Positions 16,633 to 23,625 of a stretch of DNA of 24,130 nucleotides are shown one piece after another (position 1 is the stretch's first letter; each line of letters begins with the position of its first letter). The notes under the pieces are model-generated. The model ran no database searches and was not told the origin of the DNA. It worked only from the letters and a program-made list of their open reading frames with translations. The stretch is from a virus (Duplodnaviria > Caudoviricetes): IMG/VR virus record IMGVR_UViG_3300044723_008815, positions 1 through 24,130 of that record; one strand, given 5' to 3'. A program made the translations under genes and the position numbers.

Positions 16633-17978
16633 AGTTCTTCCTTGTAATTATCTAGATAGTGTTTCAAATCTTCAGGTGTGCCGAGTCCCCACATCTTATT
16701 AGCATTAAATGTTCTAATCACTTTACCATCTTCGATTGCCTGATTGTACACTGGACAAACATAAAACTCATTATTGACACGAATATCACGCTCAATCATT
16801 CTATCAGCATACTTGACAAAATCAGATCCGTGTTTCCAATAGTAGTAACCCACAGTTGCTTGATTAGAGATTGGTTTCTTTTCTGCTACTTCTTCTACAA
16901 TACCATGTTCATTAGCTCGAGCAAAAGACCATTTTGGATGTGTAGCTTCAAAGGTTACGATACCACCGTCACAGTTTCTTTCTTGCATTTCATACATGAA
17001 TTCTAATGGTTCCCATTCTACAAACTGATCTGAGTTTGCAAACAATAGTGGTTTATCGTTATCGATATAATCACGTGCAAGTAATGCTGTACATGCCGCA
17101 CCTTCTGTAAGACCATCGACCTCAATTACAGTACAATTACCTGTCATAACTTCAAGCATTTTTTCTACATTGTACTTTTCATTGTGTTCTTTTTGTACTA
17201 CGAAGATAAAGTTTGCTTCTACACCGAGGTTATCAATTACAACCTGAATCATGGGTTTACCATTAACATCGATGAGTGGCTTTGGAAAAGTATATCCTGC
17301 TTTAGCAAATCTACTACCGGCACCAGCCATTGGAATCAATACATTCAAATTTTCATTCTTCCATTTAGGTTTCATTTTATGACTCTTTAAATTCTTAAAT
17401 ATTTTTTCACGTGTTACATCATAAGGATTATCTACTCTTATATATGATGCTCTAGAACGCTGAGCTGCGAGTAATCCTGGTGGTGAATCTTCCACAATAG
17501 TAGTATCTTCAGGTAGCACACCCATCATTGACATTGCTTTCCAATACATTTCTGGATGTGGTTTTGAATTCTTTACATCCTCATTAGAAATGATTACACA
17601 ACAATGTTCAATAAGTCCAGCTTTTGATAGAGCAGTAAGTACTGTTCTACGTATTGAATTTGAACACACACCAATATGATAACCTTGAGCTTCGAGTTCG
17701 CGAAACAAGAACTGTAGTTCCTTGATTGGTTTCAGTTCACGTATAAGTTCAATTGTTCTTTGTTGTTTTTTCTCGTAAACTTGTTCATGCATTTCAACCG
17801 GCAAATCTTTTCGCTCAGTCAGCATTGCTAGTTTTTGAGTTGTTTTTCTACCATCATATATGTTTAAGTGCTCTTCTTCAGTGATTGCGTATTCACCTAG
17901 AGCTTCATTCAATGCTTTATAATGTATCTGTTTGGCATCAATTAGAACGCCATCTAGATCAAACAGTATTAACTTCAT
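16629..17978 (-). CDS. HAD phosphatase - sugar nucleotidyltransferase fusion
   Basis: N-terminal LFDLDGVL, CSNS, KPHPEMY, VEDS (HAD). C-terminal LIPMAGAGSRF, PKPLIDVNGKPMI, GAACT, ANSDQ, VAEKKPIS, NNEFYV, GLGTPEDL. Confidence 0.9.
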   Translation of the reverse strand: MKLILFDLDGVLIDAKQIHYKALNEALGEYAITEEEHLNIYDGRKTTQKLAMLTERKDLPVEMHEQVYEKKQQRTIELIRELKPIKELQFLFRELEAQGYHIGVCSNSIRRTVLTALSKAGLIEHCCVIISNEDVKNSKPHPEMYWKAMSMMGVLPEDTTIVEDSPPGLLAAQRSRASYIRVDNPYDVTREKIFKNLKSHKMKPKWKNENLNVLIPMAGAGSRFAKAGYTFPKPLIDVNGKPMIQVVIDNLGVEANFIFVVQKEHNEKYNVEKMLEVMTGNCTVIEVDGLTEGAACTALLARDYIDNDKPLLFANSDQFVEWEPLEFMYEMQERNCDGGIVTFEATHPKWSFARANEHGIVEEVAEKKPISNQATVGYYYWKHGSDFVKYADRMIERDIRVNNEFYVCPVYNQAIEDGKVIRTFNANKMWGLGTPEDLKHYLDNYKEEL

Positions 17979-18423
17979 TTGCGTAATTAGCTATAAAATC
18001 AGAACATATTCCACTAAATTTTTCTGTGTTTGTATTATCTATCTCTGGTAAAACTGCAATTGCTTTTGCACCATTCGCAGTTGGCATACCAGGATAAGCC
18101 CATATCCAACCATGACTAGTAAGTGTGTAATCATCATTGTTGTGCCAGAAATAATTCAATTTAGTAAATTGCAATTGCCATAGAGCTAGAAAATTTTTAC
18201 AATGGAGCCAAAGTCCGGGTGTATGTAGATAGTCTTCAGTAACTTTATAGAGAGGTTCATCGTGTCCAAGATAAAAACCTTTACCGAAAGATTCATGTTC
18301 AATGTACCATAGATCTACTTCACACTGATAACCTGCGTATAGAGCTAAATTAATATACTCAGGTTTATTTTCTTTATCCGGATTCTTTCCTTCTAGATTT
18401 CCACGGTGTGAAATATAGATCAA
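17959..18423 (-). CDS. Small GDPD/PLC-like phosphodiesterase-fold protein
   Basis: ISHRGN, ENKP, CEVDLW, LGHD, WLHCKN, GICSD. Confidence 0.7.
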   Translation of the reverse strand: MIYISHRGNLEGKNPDKENKPEYINLALYAGYQCEVDLWYIEHESFGKGFYLGHDEPLYKVTEDYLHTPGLWLHCKNFLALWQLQFTKLNYFWHNNDDYTLTSHGWIWAYPGMPTANGAKAIAVLPEIDNTNTEKFSGICSDFIANYANEVNTV

Positions 18424-19205
18424 TTTACTTTCTCCATTAACTCAGTTACATTTTCGCCACGGTTCGGTAGTTTATCTTTTAAGAAGAAATGTACGAAATA
18501 AGCTTCTTTAATTCTTTCATCTGGCAATGCAGTAAAGAGTGCATTCCATTTCCAATTAAGTTTCTTTGTAGGTATACTTTCCTGTTGAATCCACGTGTTG
18601 AGTAGTGTCTGATCTGTTGACCACTTCCATGGACCCATACCATCAACGAACTGTTTGAATTCCTGTCTACGAATAAACTGTTCAGGAGTCTGGCCTTTCA
18701 GATATTGAGTTAGACTTTTATTCATTAACATCATACCCATATTCATGAAAGGAAAGCCAGAATTTTTATCATAGTTCCATGGCAAGTTCAATGCACTGTA
18801 TTGCATACGAGAATAGTTAATGATCTTTTGTCTATACCAAGGTAATATGGGTGCACTACTTTCAACCATTCCACCAAAAGAATATTCTTCACTTAGTTCT
18901 TCAAAAATATTAGGTGAACCCGGACGAATCCAGATATCTGCATCTACGATAGCAATCTGATCATAGTCTTTGAAATAATTAAAAGCATTTTCTTTTTCAT
19001 AGATAGGTAAAAACCCGCCGTGCTTTTCATACGATTCCTTTGATCGGTTCGTACTAAACACGTCGGGTTTAATTTTAAGAATAGGATTTTTTTGTACTAC
19101 ATGATCGATACCATGAGCTTTACAATATTCTTCAACTGATTTTACACAGGCATTATATAAGTGTGATGGCTTACCAACGTAAACTTGATAGATGAGTCTT
19201 TTCAT
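18420..19205 (-). CDS. GT-A glycosyltransferase (GT8/GT34-like)
   Basis: MKRLIYQVY, YEKENAF, IVDADIWI, MNMGMML, TDQTLLN, WKWNAL, FVHFF. Confidence 0.78.
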   Translation of the reverse strand: MKRLIYQVYVGKPSHLYNACVKSVEEYCKAHGIDHVVQKNPILKIKPDVFSTNRSKESYEKHGGFLPIYEKENAFNYFKDYDQIAIVDADIWIRPGSPNIFEELSEEYSFGGMVESSAPILPWYRQKIINYSRMQYSALNLPWNYDKNSGFPFMNMGMMLMNKSLTQYLKGQTPEQFIRRQEFKQFVDGMGPWKWSTDQTLLNTWIQQESIPTKKLNWKWNALFTALPDERIKEAYFVHFFLKDKLPNRGENVTELMEKVN

Positions 19206-19213
19206 AATAACCT

Positions 19214-19414
19214 CTAATAACGAAGAAGATAATCCCAGTGTCCTTCTATCCTAACACAAATCCAATCTCTCTTCAATGTTCTAAAATCATACTTAAATTC
19301 CTGTTCTGTCTTAGCAACAAAACATTTATTCAAACCTTCAAATATATCTATATTCTCAGAAACAGGTTCACCATTTACTATGGTAACCATCACCAACATC
19401 CACTTTGTGGTCAT
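19214..19414 (-). CDS. Hypothetical protein (66 aa)
   Basis: ATGA overlap with the upstream gene. KWMLVMVTI hydrophobic start and two Cys. Confidence 0.65.
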   Translation of the reverse strand: MTTKWMLVMVTIVNGEPVSENIDIFEGLNKCFVAKTEQEFKYDFRTLKRDWICVRIEGHWDYLLRY

Positions 19415-19788
19415 GCATTCGGTTTACGAGGTGGCATTTTTGGTGCAGGTGATGATGGTGTTTTGGTTTTTTGATAAGCTTGCGCACCGAAGAATGCACC
19501 AACTAAAGCAGAAATAGCAACAAAGTAAGTTGGTGCAATATTAGCGAGTAACTGACCGGTTGTCTCATAACCGATAATATCAGAGATAACAATCCCAATC
19601 GGATAAAGCAACATACCCCAAAGAGCAAACCATGCCATGCGCCTAATCTGATCTTCCTTTTTATCTTCATTCTCTGCGCGCATCATTTCACGTTCTAACT
19701 CAAATTCCTCATCAGTAACAATACCATCGCCATCAACATCGAAATGCTCGTATTTACTACCAGTTTCTAACTTCTTCTGTGCGGCCAT
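19411..19788 (-). CDS. Membrane protein with EF-hand-like loop and two TM segments (start revised from 19875)
   Basis: DVDGDGIVTDEE loop. TM segments MAWFALWGMLLYPIGIVISDII and LLANIAPTYFVAISALVGAFFGA. Basic tail, GGAG RBS. Confidence 0.7.
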   Translation of the reverse strand: MAAQKKLETGSKYEHFDVDGDGIVTDEEFELEREMMRAENEDKKEDQIRRMAWFALWGMLLYPIGIVISDIIGYETTGQLLANIAPTYFVAISALVGAFFGAQAYQKTKTPSSPAPKMPPRKPNA

Positions 19789-19981
19789 TTTCGTACTCCG
19801 TAATAATTGCTTCGGCAATTTCATATGCCTCTTGATAACCATTACGAAGTGAATTAGACTTGTGTCCATTTTCAATAAACCACTTAAGTGTATTTATATC
19901 AGAACCTTCACGATCAAGTTTAAATTCAGATGTGGCTTCTTCAAACCGAGTACGAAGATTAAGAAGTTCTTGAACGTTCAA
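19757..19981 (-). CDS. Hypothetical protein (74 aa)
   Basis: Fills the gap between the nucleotidase and membrane protein genes. GGAG RBS before a TTG start. Confidence 0.6.
   Translation of the reverse strand: MNVQELLNLRTRFEEATSEFKLDREGSDINTLKWFIENGHKSNSLRNGYQEAYEIAEAIITEYENGRTEEVRNW
19891..19898 (-). promoter_or_regulatory. Candidate T4-type late promoter TATAAATA
   Basis: Exact TATAAATA inside ORF 19757..19981, about 100 nt upstream of the 19788 start and the glyco operon. Confidence 0.5.
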
Positions 19982-20516
19982 TTGCTTTCTCCAGTTCTAC
20001 AAAAAGGTATTCTTCAAGATCATCTTCATTTGCTTGGAAGCGAATACCAATACCTCCAGCCTGTTCCCATTTTTTGATGTTATCTGGTTTATCATCAACG
20101 AGAATATTTGCTTTACGTGTAAGTGGGCATACAGCATACTTATGTTTATTAGAAGTAAAGATCATATTCTCAACCAATGGCGGAGCAAATTTTCGATCTT
20201 CTAACCAACGTCGTTTCCAATAAGCAGAGTTATTGCGGTCTCCACGTAAAGGTGATGAACAAATACCCCAATCACCATTTGTAATTTCGTTAACGAAACG
20301 TACTATCTCTTGTGAGATACTAGCACCTCCACCTTTACGACCTTTAGGATCTACATCGCGAAAGTCTGAAAGTGTGTAAAAGAAATCTGTATTGGCAAGT
20401 TGTCTAAACTTAACCTCACGATCTTGAATTGATTTCCAATGATTAGCGCCAAAGCGTCTTTCGATACCACCGAAGAAGTCGGCAATCACACCATCCATAT
20501 CTAAATAAATTGTCAT
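19959..20516 (-). CDS. 5'(3')-deoxyribonucleotidase (NT5C-like HAD)
   Basis: IYLDMDGVIADF, FFYTL, ICSSP, KRRWL, KHKYA, ILVDDKPDNI..W..AGGIGI. Confidence 0.85.
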   Translation of the reverse strand: MTIYLDMDGVIADFFGGIERRFGANHWKSIQDREVKFRQLANTDFFYTLSDFRDVDPKGRKGGGASISQEIVRFVNEITNGDWGICSSPLRGDRNNSAYWKRRWLEDRKFAPPLVENMIFTSNKHKYAVCPLTRKANILVDDKPDNIKKWEQAGGIGIRFQANEDDLEEYLFVELEKAIERSRTS

Positions 20517-20710
20517 TATGCCACCTCTTTCATATCTTGTTGAATTACGTCATATGCCTTTACAGCCATAGTAAAATATTTTGCATCTGCCACCATTGAA
20601 TATTTTAATGCACATTTGTTAACAAACTCCTCACGAGGAATGTTATAGTTGTCACATGCAAATATTTCAGCGCCTGCTTTACGAATAAGATGATATTCTT
20701 TTTTTGTCAT
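20516..20710 (-). CDS. Hypothetical protein (64 aa)
   Basis: GAGGAG RBS and TAATG couplings on both sides. Confidence 0.7.
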   Translation of the reverse strand: MTKKEYHLIRKAGAEIFACDNYNIPREEFVNKCALKYSMVADAKYFTMAVKAYDVIQQDMKEVA

Positions 20711-20943
20711 TATTTGCTCCTCACATGAAATTCAATAAGATAGTCAGTCCAGAGACCGCGAATCATTTTGAGTTGCGACTCAAGATACTTAATAACTTTT
20801 TCGTTTGGTACTGGCCGAGCAACTTCATCCATGATTTGCTGTGGAAGTACACGTAGGAAACGCTCGATTGATTCTTTACGACGATCCGCAGACATTGCCT
20901 GGATGTTACGCTTTAACTGAGTTGGTGAAATACCTTTTGACAT
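20710..20943 (-). CDS. Hypothetical protein (77 aa), early
   Basis: First gene after an early promoter, RBS AAAAAAGAGGAGCGA. Confidence 0.75.
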   Translation of the reverse strand: MSKGISPTQLKRNIQAMSADRRKESIERFLRVLPQQIMDEVARPVPNEKVIKYLESQLKMIRGLWTDYLIEFHVRSK

Positions 20944-20951
20944 AACAATCG

Positions 20952-21043
20952 CTCCTCTTTTTTGATTGTGTAGATATATTATACCATAGTTTTTCGCAAA
21001 TGTAAACCCCTAAAATGCATTAAAAGTAAAAAAAATGCATTTT
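20952..21043 (-). promoter_or_regulatory. Early promoter + RBS module
   Basis: GTTTACA-17nt-(TATGG)TATAAT, with two upstream TGCATTTT boxes. The distal one forms the palindrome AAAATGCATTTT (21032-21043). Confidence 0.8.
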
Positions 21044-21713
21044 AATTGAAAAAAAGTTTACGTCTATCATATTCTCTTTTTGTATCGATAAGGAGTTGAA
21101 TGTGGTTATCACGATGTTCTTTGAACACTAAAGGTTCACTATCATCTACATCCATGATAACCACTGTATTTGTAATTGGTTTCCCTGTACGTTCCTCAAA
21201 CATAACAGCATATCCTGCCATCTGAGCAAAGTAACTTGAAATCCATTCTTTCTTCTTTGGTCGTTTTGACGTTTTAAAGTCTATAATAGACGGTACACCA
21301 TCAAACTCAGCAATACAATCACATCGACCAGCAAGGCCGAGATGATGAGAGTAAAGAGCCACCTCGAGGCCATAGATGACTCCAAGTCTCGAGTCAAGAA
21401 TAGGCTGAAGGTTAGACAGAGATTGTCTAATGTGCGGAAGATAGTCTTCAATGTCTTCATTCTTCAAATATCCTTCTATAATTGAATGAACTAGGGTACC
21501 TCGACCCGCTGCACGCGTGCCGATCTTATTTGCTTCCTCGTCCCCTACACGAGCCCTCCACTTTGCAATACTTTCTTCGCTGAGTATACTTAAAACTGTA
21601 GTAATACTAGGATACCGAGTACCATCAGGGCTAGTATATACTCTCCCGTGTTCGCCTGTGTCAGCAACCAAGTCTTCATAGCCAAGATCAATTGTTTCAT
21701 GTTTAAACTCCAT
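21042..21713 (-). CDS. PD-(D/E)XK exonuclease (Cas4-like/T4-like phage exonuclease)
   Basis: RVY.SPDG..YPSITTVL, WRARVG..EA, RGT.VH..IE.YL, E..LYS....LAGRCDCIAEFDG..SIIDFKTS, YFAQMAGYA.MFEE.TG. Confidence 0.9.
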   Translation of the reverse strand: MEFKHETIDLGYEDLVADTGEHGRVYTSPDGTRYPSITTVLSILSEESIAKWRARVGDEEANKIGTRAAGRGTLVHSIIEGYLKNEDIEDYLPHIRQSLSNLQPILDSRLGVIYGLEVALYSHHLGLAGRCDCIAEFDGVPSIIDFKTSKRPKKKEWISSYFAQMAGYAVMFEERTGKPITNTVVIMDVDDSEPLVFKEHRDNHIQLLIDTKREYDRRKLFFN

Positions 21714-21714
21714 T
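21656..21714. repeat. 59-bp exact direct repeat, copy 1 (5' end of exonuclease gene)
   Basis: CTGTGTCAGCAACCAAGTCTTCATAGCCAAGATCAATTGTTTCATGTTTAAACTCCATT, identical to 22146..22204. Confidence 0.97.
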
Positions 21715-22203
21715 ATTTGTATCCCAAACTTTTATTTTGCTATCACCACGCAACAATGCCGCTATCATTCTGCCCACACCAAATATTACATCGCCATTGA
21801 CCATAACACTTGGCTTGGCTGTAGCCGCCGGCATTTCTGCATACTTGAAAAATCTATCTGGATTTCTGTCATATACAGTGCCACTCTTAAACTTTGTTCC
21901 ATAGCGTTTGTTAATAGCATCGACTACCGGTTGAGGAGTTCTTGATATTGATCCCTTCATCCAAGGCTTAGTTAGTAATTCTTTTGCGCTTACTTCCACA
22001 GGTGTTTTGCTGGTTAGACGCAGTTTTGTAAAAACGTCTATGTCTTCTTGATCCGGATTGGGACGTTCGTCTATAAACTCTAGAGCAAGACCTTTTGGCA
22101 GTGTTTGTATCCACGACTTCCACTCTTCGGGAGTGTTTTTCAGTGCTGTGTCAGCAACCAAGTCTTCATAGCCAAGATCAATTGTTTCATGTTTAAACTC
22201 CAT
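21703..22203 (-). CDS. Chimeric protein: exonuclease N-terminal 19 aa fused to a foreign ParB/Srx-like domain
   Basis: Starts MEFKHETIDLGYEDLVADT like the exonuclease, then diverges. C-terminal PSVMVNGDVIFGVGRMIAALLRGDSKIKVW resembles the ParB/Srx core. Confidence 0.65.
   Translation of the reverse strand: MEFKHETIDLGYEDLVADTALKNTPEEWKSWIQTLPKGLALEFIDERPNPDQEDIDVFTKLRLTSKTPVEVSAKELLTKPWMKGSISRTPQPVVDAINKRYGTKFKSGTVYDRNPDRFFKYAEMPAATAKPSVMVNGDVIFGVGRMIAALLRGDSKIKVWDTNNGV
21715..22145. mobile_element. 431-bp insertion bounded by 59-bp direct repeats
   Basis: Unique sequence between two identical repeats 490 bp apart. No transposase or integrase. Confidence 0.6.
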
Positions 22204-22204
22204 T
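22146..22204. repeat. 59-bp exact direct repeat, copy 2
   Basis: Identical to 21656..21714. Confidence 0.97.
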
Positions 22205-22437
22205 TATGTTTTAATGGTATTACCTCTACCAGAACCTTTCTTAATTTGATTTAATCTATCTTTAAAACCATCTGGTACTTTGCTATGTAGATTACCTACA
22301 CCAGAAACAAACTGAGGTGTACTTAATACTTTAATGAGATCTGGTGAATTATCAAGCATTTCTTGCAATTCATTCCATGAACAGCTCACATCCCATTGTG
22401 CATTAGTCTTAAGATCTTTTACTGTGTACGTTGGCAT
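22204..22437 (-). CDS. FmdB-like small protein (MPTY family)
   Basis: MPTYTVKD..T...W...S..EL..ML..SPDL..VLSTP..VSG......KVPDGFKDRLNQIKK. Confidence 0.7.
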   Translation of the reverse strand: MPTYTVKDLKTNAQWDVSCSWNELQEMLDNSPDLIKVLSTPQFVSGVGNLHSKVPDGFKDRLNQIKKGSGRGNTIKT

Positions 22438-22582
22438 TACGTATTTCTTCCTGAACTTCTCTTACACGTTGATTCATCCAACTGATAGCAGTATTTATGT
22501 GTCCTGTATCATGTGGTTGTAATTTGCTTTCAGCATAAGAAATTTCTTTGTATAGGAAATCTAGTTTGTCGAGATTATCCAT
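22409..22582 (-). CDS. Hypothetical protein (57 aa)
   Basis: Manual translation MDNLDKLDFLYKEISYAESKLQPHDTGHINTAISWMNQRVREVQEEIRNANVHSKRS*. Fills an otherwise empty gap and is below the ORF-track cut-off. Confidence 0.7.
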   Translation of the reverse strand: MDNLDKLDFLYKEISYAESKLQPHDTGHINTAISWMNQRVREVQEEIRNANVHSKRS

Positions 22583-22746
22583 TGCACTTCACTTTCCTGT
22601 TGAATATTATTTACAAAATATTGACCACTACCATTATGTATTACTTTTACCATAGCAGGGTTTGGATCTAATAATTGTTTTTCACTTTCTTCATCAAAGT
22701 GATGTACACCTGCAACAAGTGCACCTAAAATCAGTAATGCTTCCAT
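22561..22746 (-). CDS. Small membrane-anchored protein
   Basis: MEALLILGALVAGV hydrophobic N-terminus, AGGAGG RBS, TAATG coupling. Confidence 0.65.
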   Translation of the reverse strand: MEALLILGALVAGVHHFDEESEKQLLDPNPAMVKVIHNGSGQYFVNNIQQESEVQWIISTN

Positions 22747-23315
22747 TAACACACCTCCTTATAATATTGGAACCAACCTGGCTTTGGACGGTTTCTTTCC
22801 CATGCCATTTTAAATCTTTCTTGTTTTGTTTGATAGAATGCGCGATATGATAAGACTGCATTCTCGAGCATACATTCAGGATTTGACTGCATTGCTAACT
22901 TGAATGGAGTCATACCACCTTTAGGTATTTTACGAGGTAATGACCACAGTGGACTTTTAAGTAAACTAGACTTATGTATCTTACCGAAACGATATTCAAA
23001 TTCATCACATAGAGCAACAAAGTGTTTGTAATGCCAATAGTAATTATCTGAAGATTCTATAGTCCATACTGTACATGGATGTTTGTAATGCACAGCTTTA
23101 TAAAGTATTTGATCCATCTCAGGATCATTGAAAAGCCGATAGTGTTTCACCATCCGCTTGCCGGATTTTGATGGTGCAATCTGCACGGTACCATCGAGTA
23201 TACGATGAGCGGTGGAAAGCATTTGTGCACTTTCCACCACCATCTTTGGTACATGTTTGTCACACTGCATTTGAGCAGCAATAACGGGATCTTTATGTAG
23301 TACAAATATATTCAT
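22746..23315 (-). CDS. Pyrimidine-dimer DNA glycosylase / endonuclease V (DenV)-like family protein
   Basis: MNIFVL..DP..AAQ..CDKHV.KMVVESAQMLSTAHR, LYK..H..HPCT.W, LC.EF..RFGK.HKS, TPF.LAM, YR.FY..K. Confidence 0.75.
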   Translation of the reverse strand: MNIFVLHKDPVIAAQMQCDKHVPKMVVESAQMLSTAHRILDGTVQIAPSKSGKRMVKHYRLFNDPEMDQILYKAVHYKHPCTVWTIESSDNYYWHYKHFVALCDEFEYRFGKIHKSSLLKSPLWSLPRKIPKGGMTPFKLAMQSNPECMLENAVLSYRAFYQTKQERFKMAWERNRPKPGWFQYYKEVC

Positions 23316-23321
23316 AATGTA

Positions 23322-23350
23322 ATTATAACCTCAGTTAACAAGTTTGTACA
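23322..23350 (-). promoter_or_regulatory. Early promoter, probably leaderless transcript
   Basis: TGTACA-17nt-TATAAT-6nt-ATG, with no SD. Confidence 0.65.
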
Positions 23351-23371
23351 CAATTATTTTTTGTTCTAAGT

Positions 23372-23599
23372 TTAACTTAATGTCGGTAATGGTAGTTCAC
23401 CTGATTTCATTAAAGTTAACTGTTTTATTCGCCATAACCTTTCTAACACTCTTCGTCTTCGCCTGTCTTTTTGTTTTCTTATCTTTAGCCAATTTTCATT
23501 TATCATATACAACTTCACTCGTTTATCTTGCCTTATCATTTGTTTTTGTATTTGTTTATAAAGCTTTTTTTGTTTTAGTGGTTTCAGTTGTGGATACAT
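23372..23599 (-). CDS. Highly basic hypothetical protein (75 aa)
   Basis: AAGGA RBS, K/R-rich. Confidence 0.6.
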   Translation of the reverse strand: MYPQLKPLKQKKLYKQIQKQMIRQDKRVKLYMINENWLKIRKQKDRRRRRVLERLWRIKQLTLMKSGELPLPTLS

Positions 23600-23625
23600 G
23601 GTTTCCTTGAGTGTTAAGGTTAATG

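Noticed and set aside
9860-19205. Glyco operon as a T4-type DNA glucosylation system
   Set aside because: The enzymes are GT-A type (GT8/25/34-like), not the GT-B alpha/beta-glucosyltransferases, and no dCMP hydroxymethylase is in the window. Not excluded genome-wide, but unsupported here.
21715-22145. Intron, intein or homing endonuclease in the exonuclease gene
   Set aside because: The exonuclease is complete downstream, so no splicing is needed. No intein termini or LAGLIDADG/HNH/GIY-YIG motifs are seen.
21656-22204. CRISPR-like repeat-spacer-repeat next to a Cas4-like gene
   Set aside because: Only two repeats, which are 59 bp of coding sequence, and the 431-bp 'spacer' is an ORF. Not a CRISPR array.
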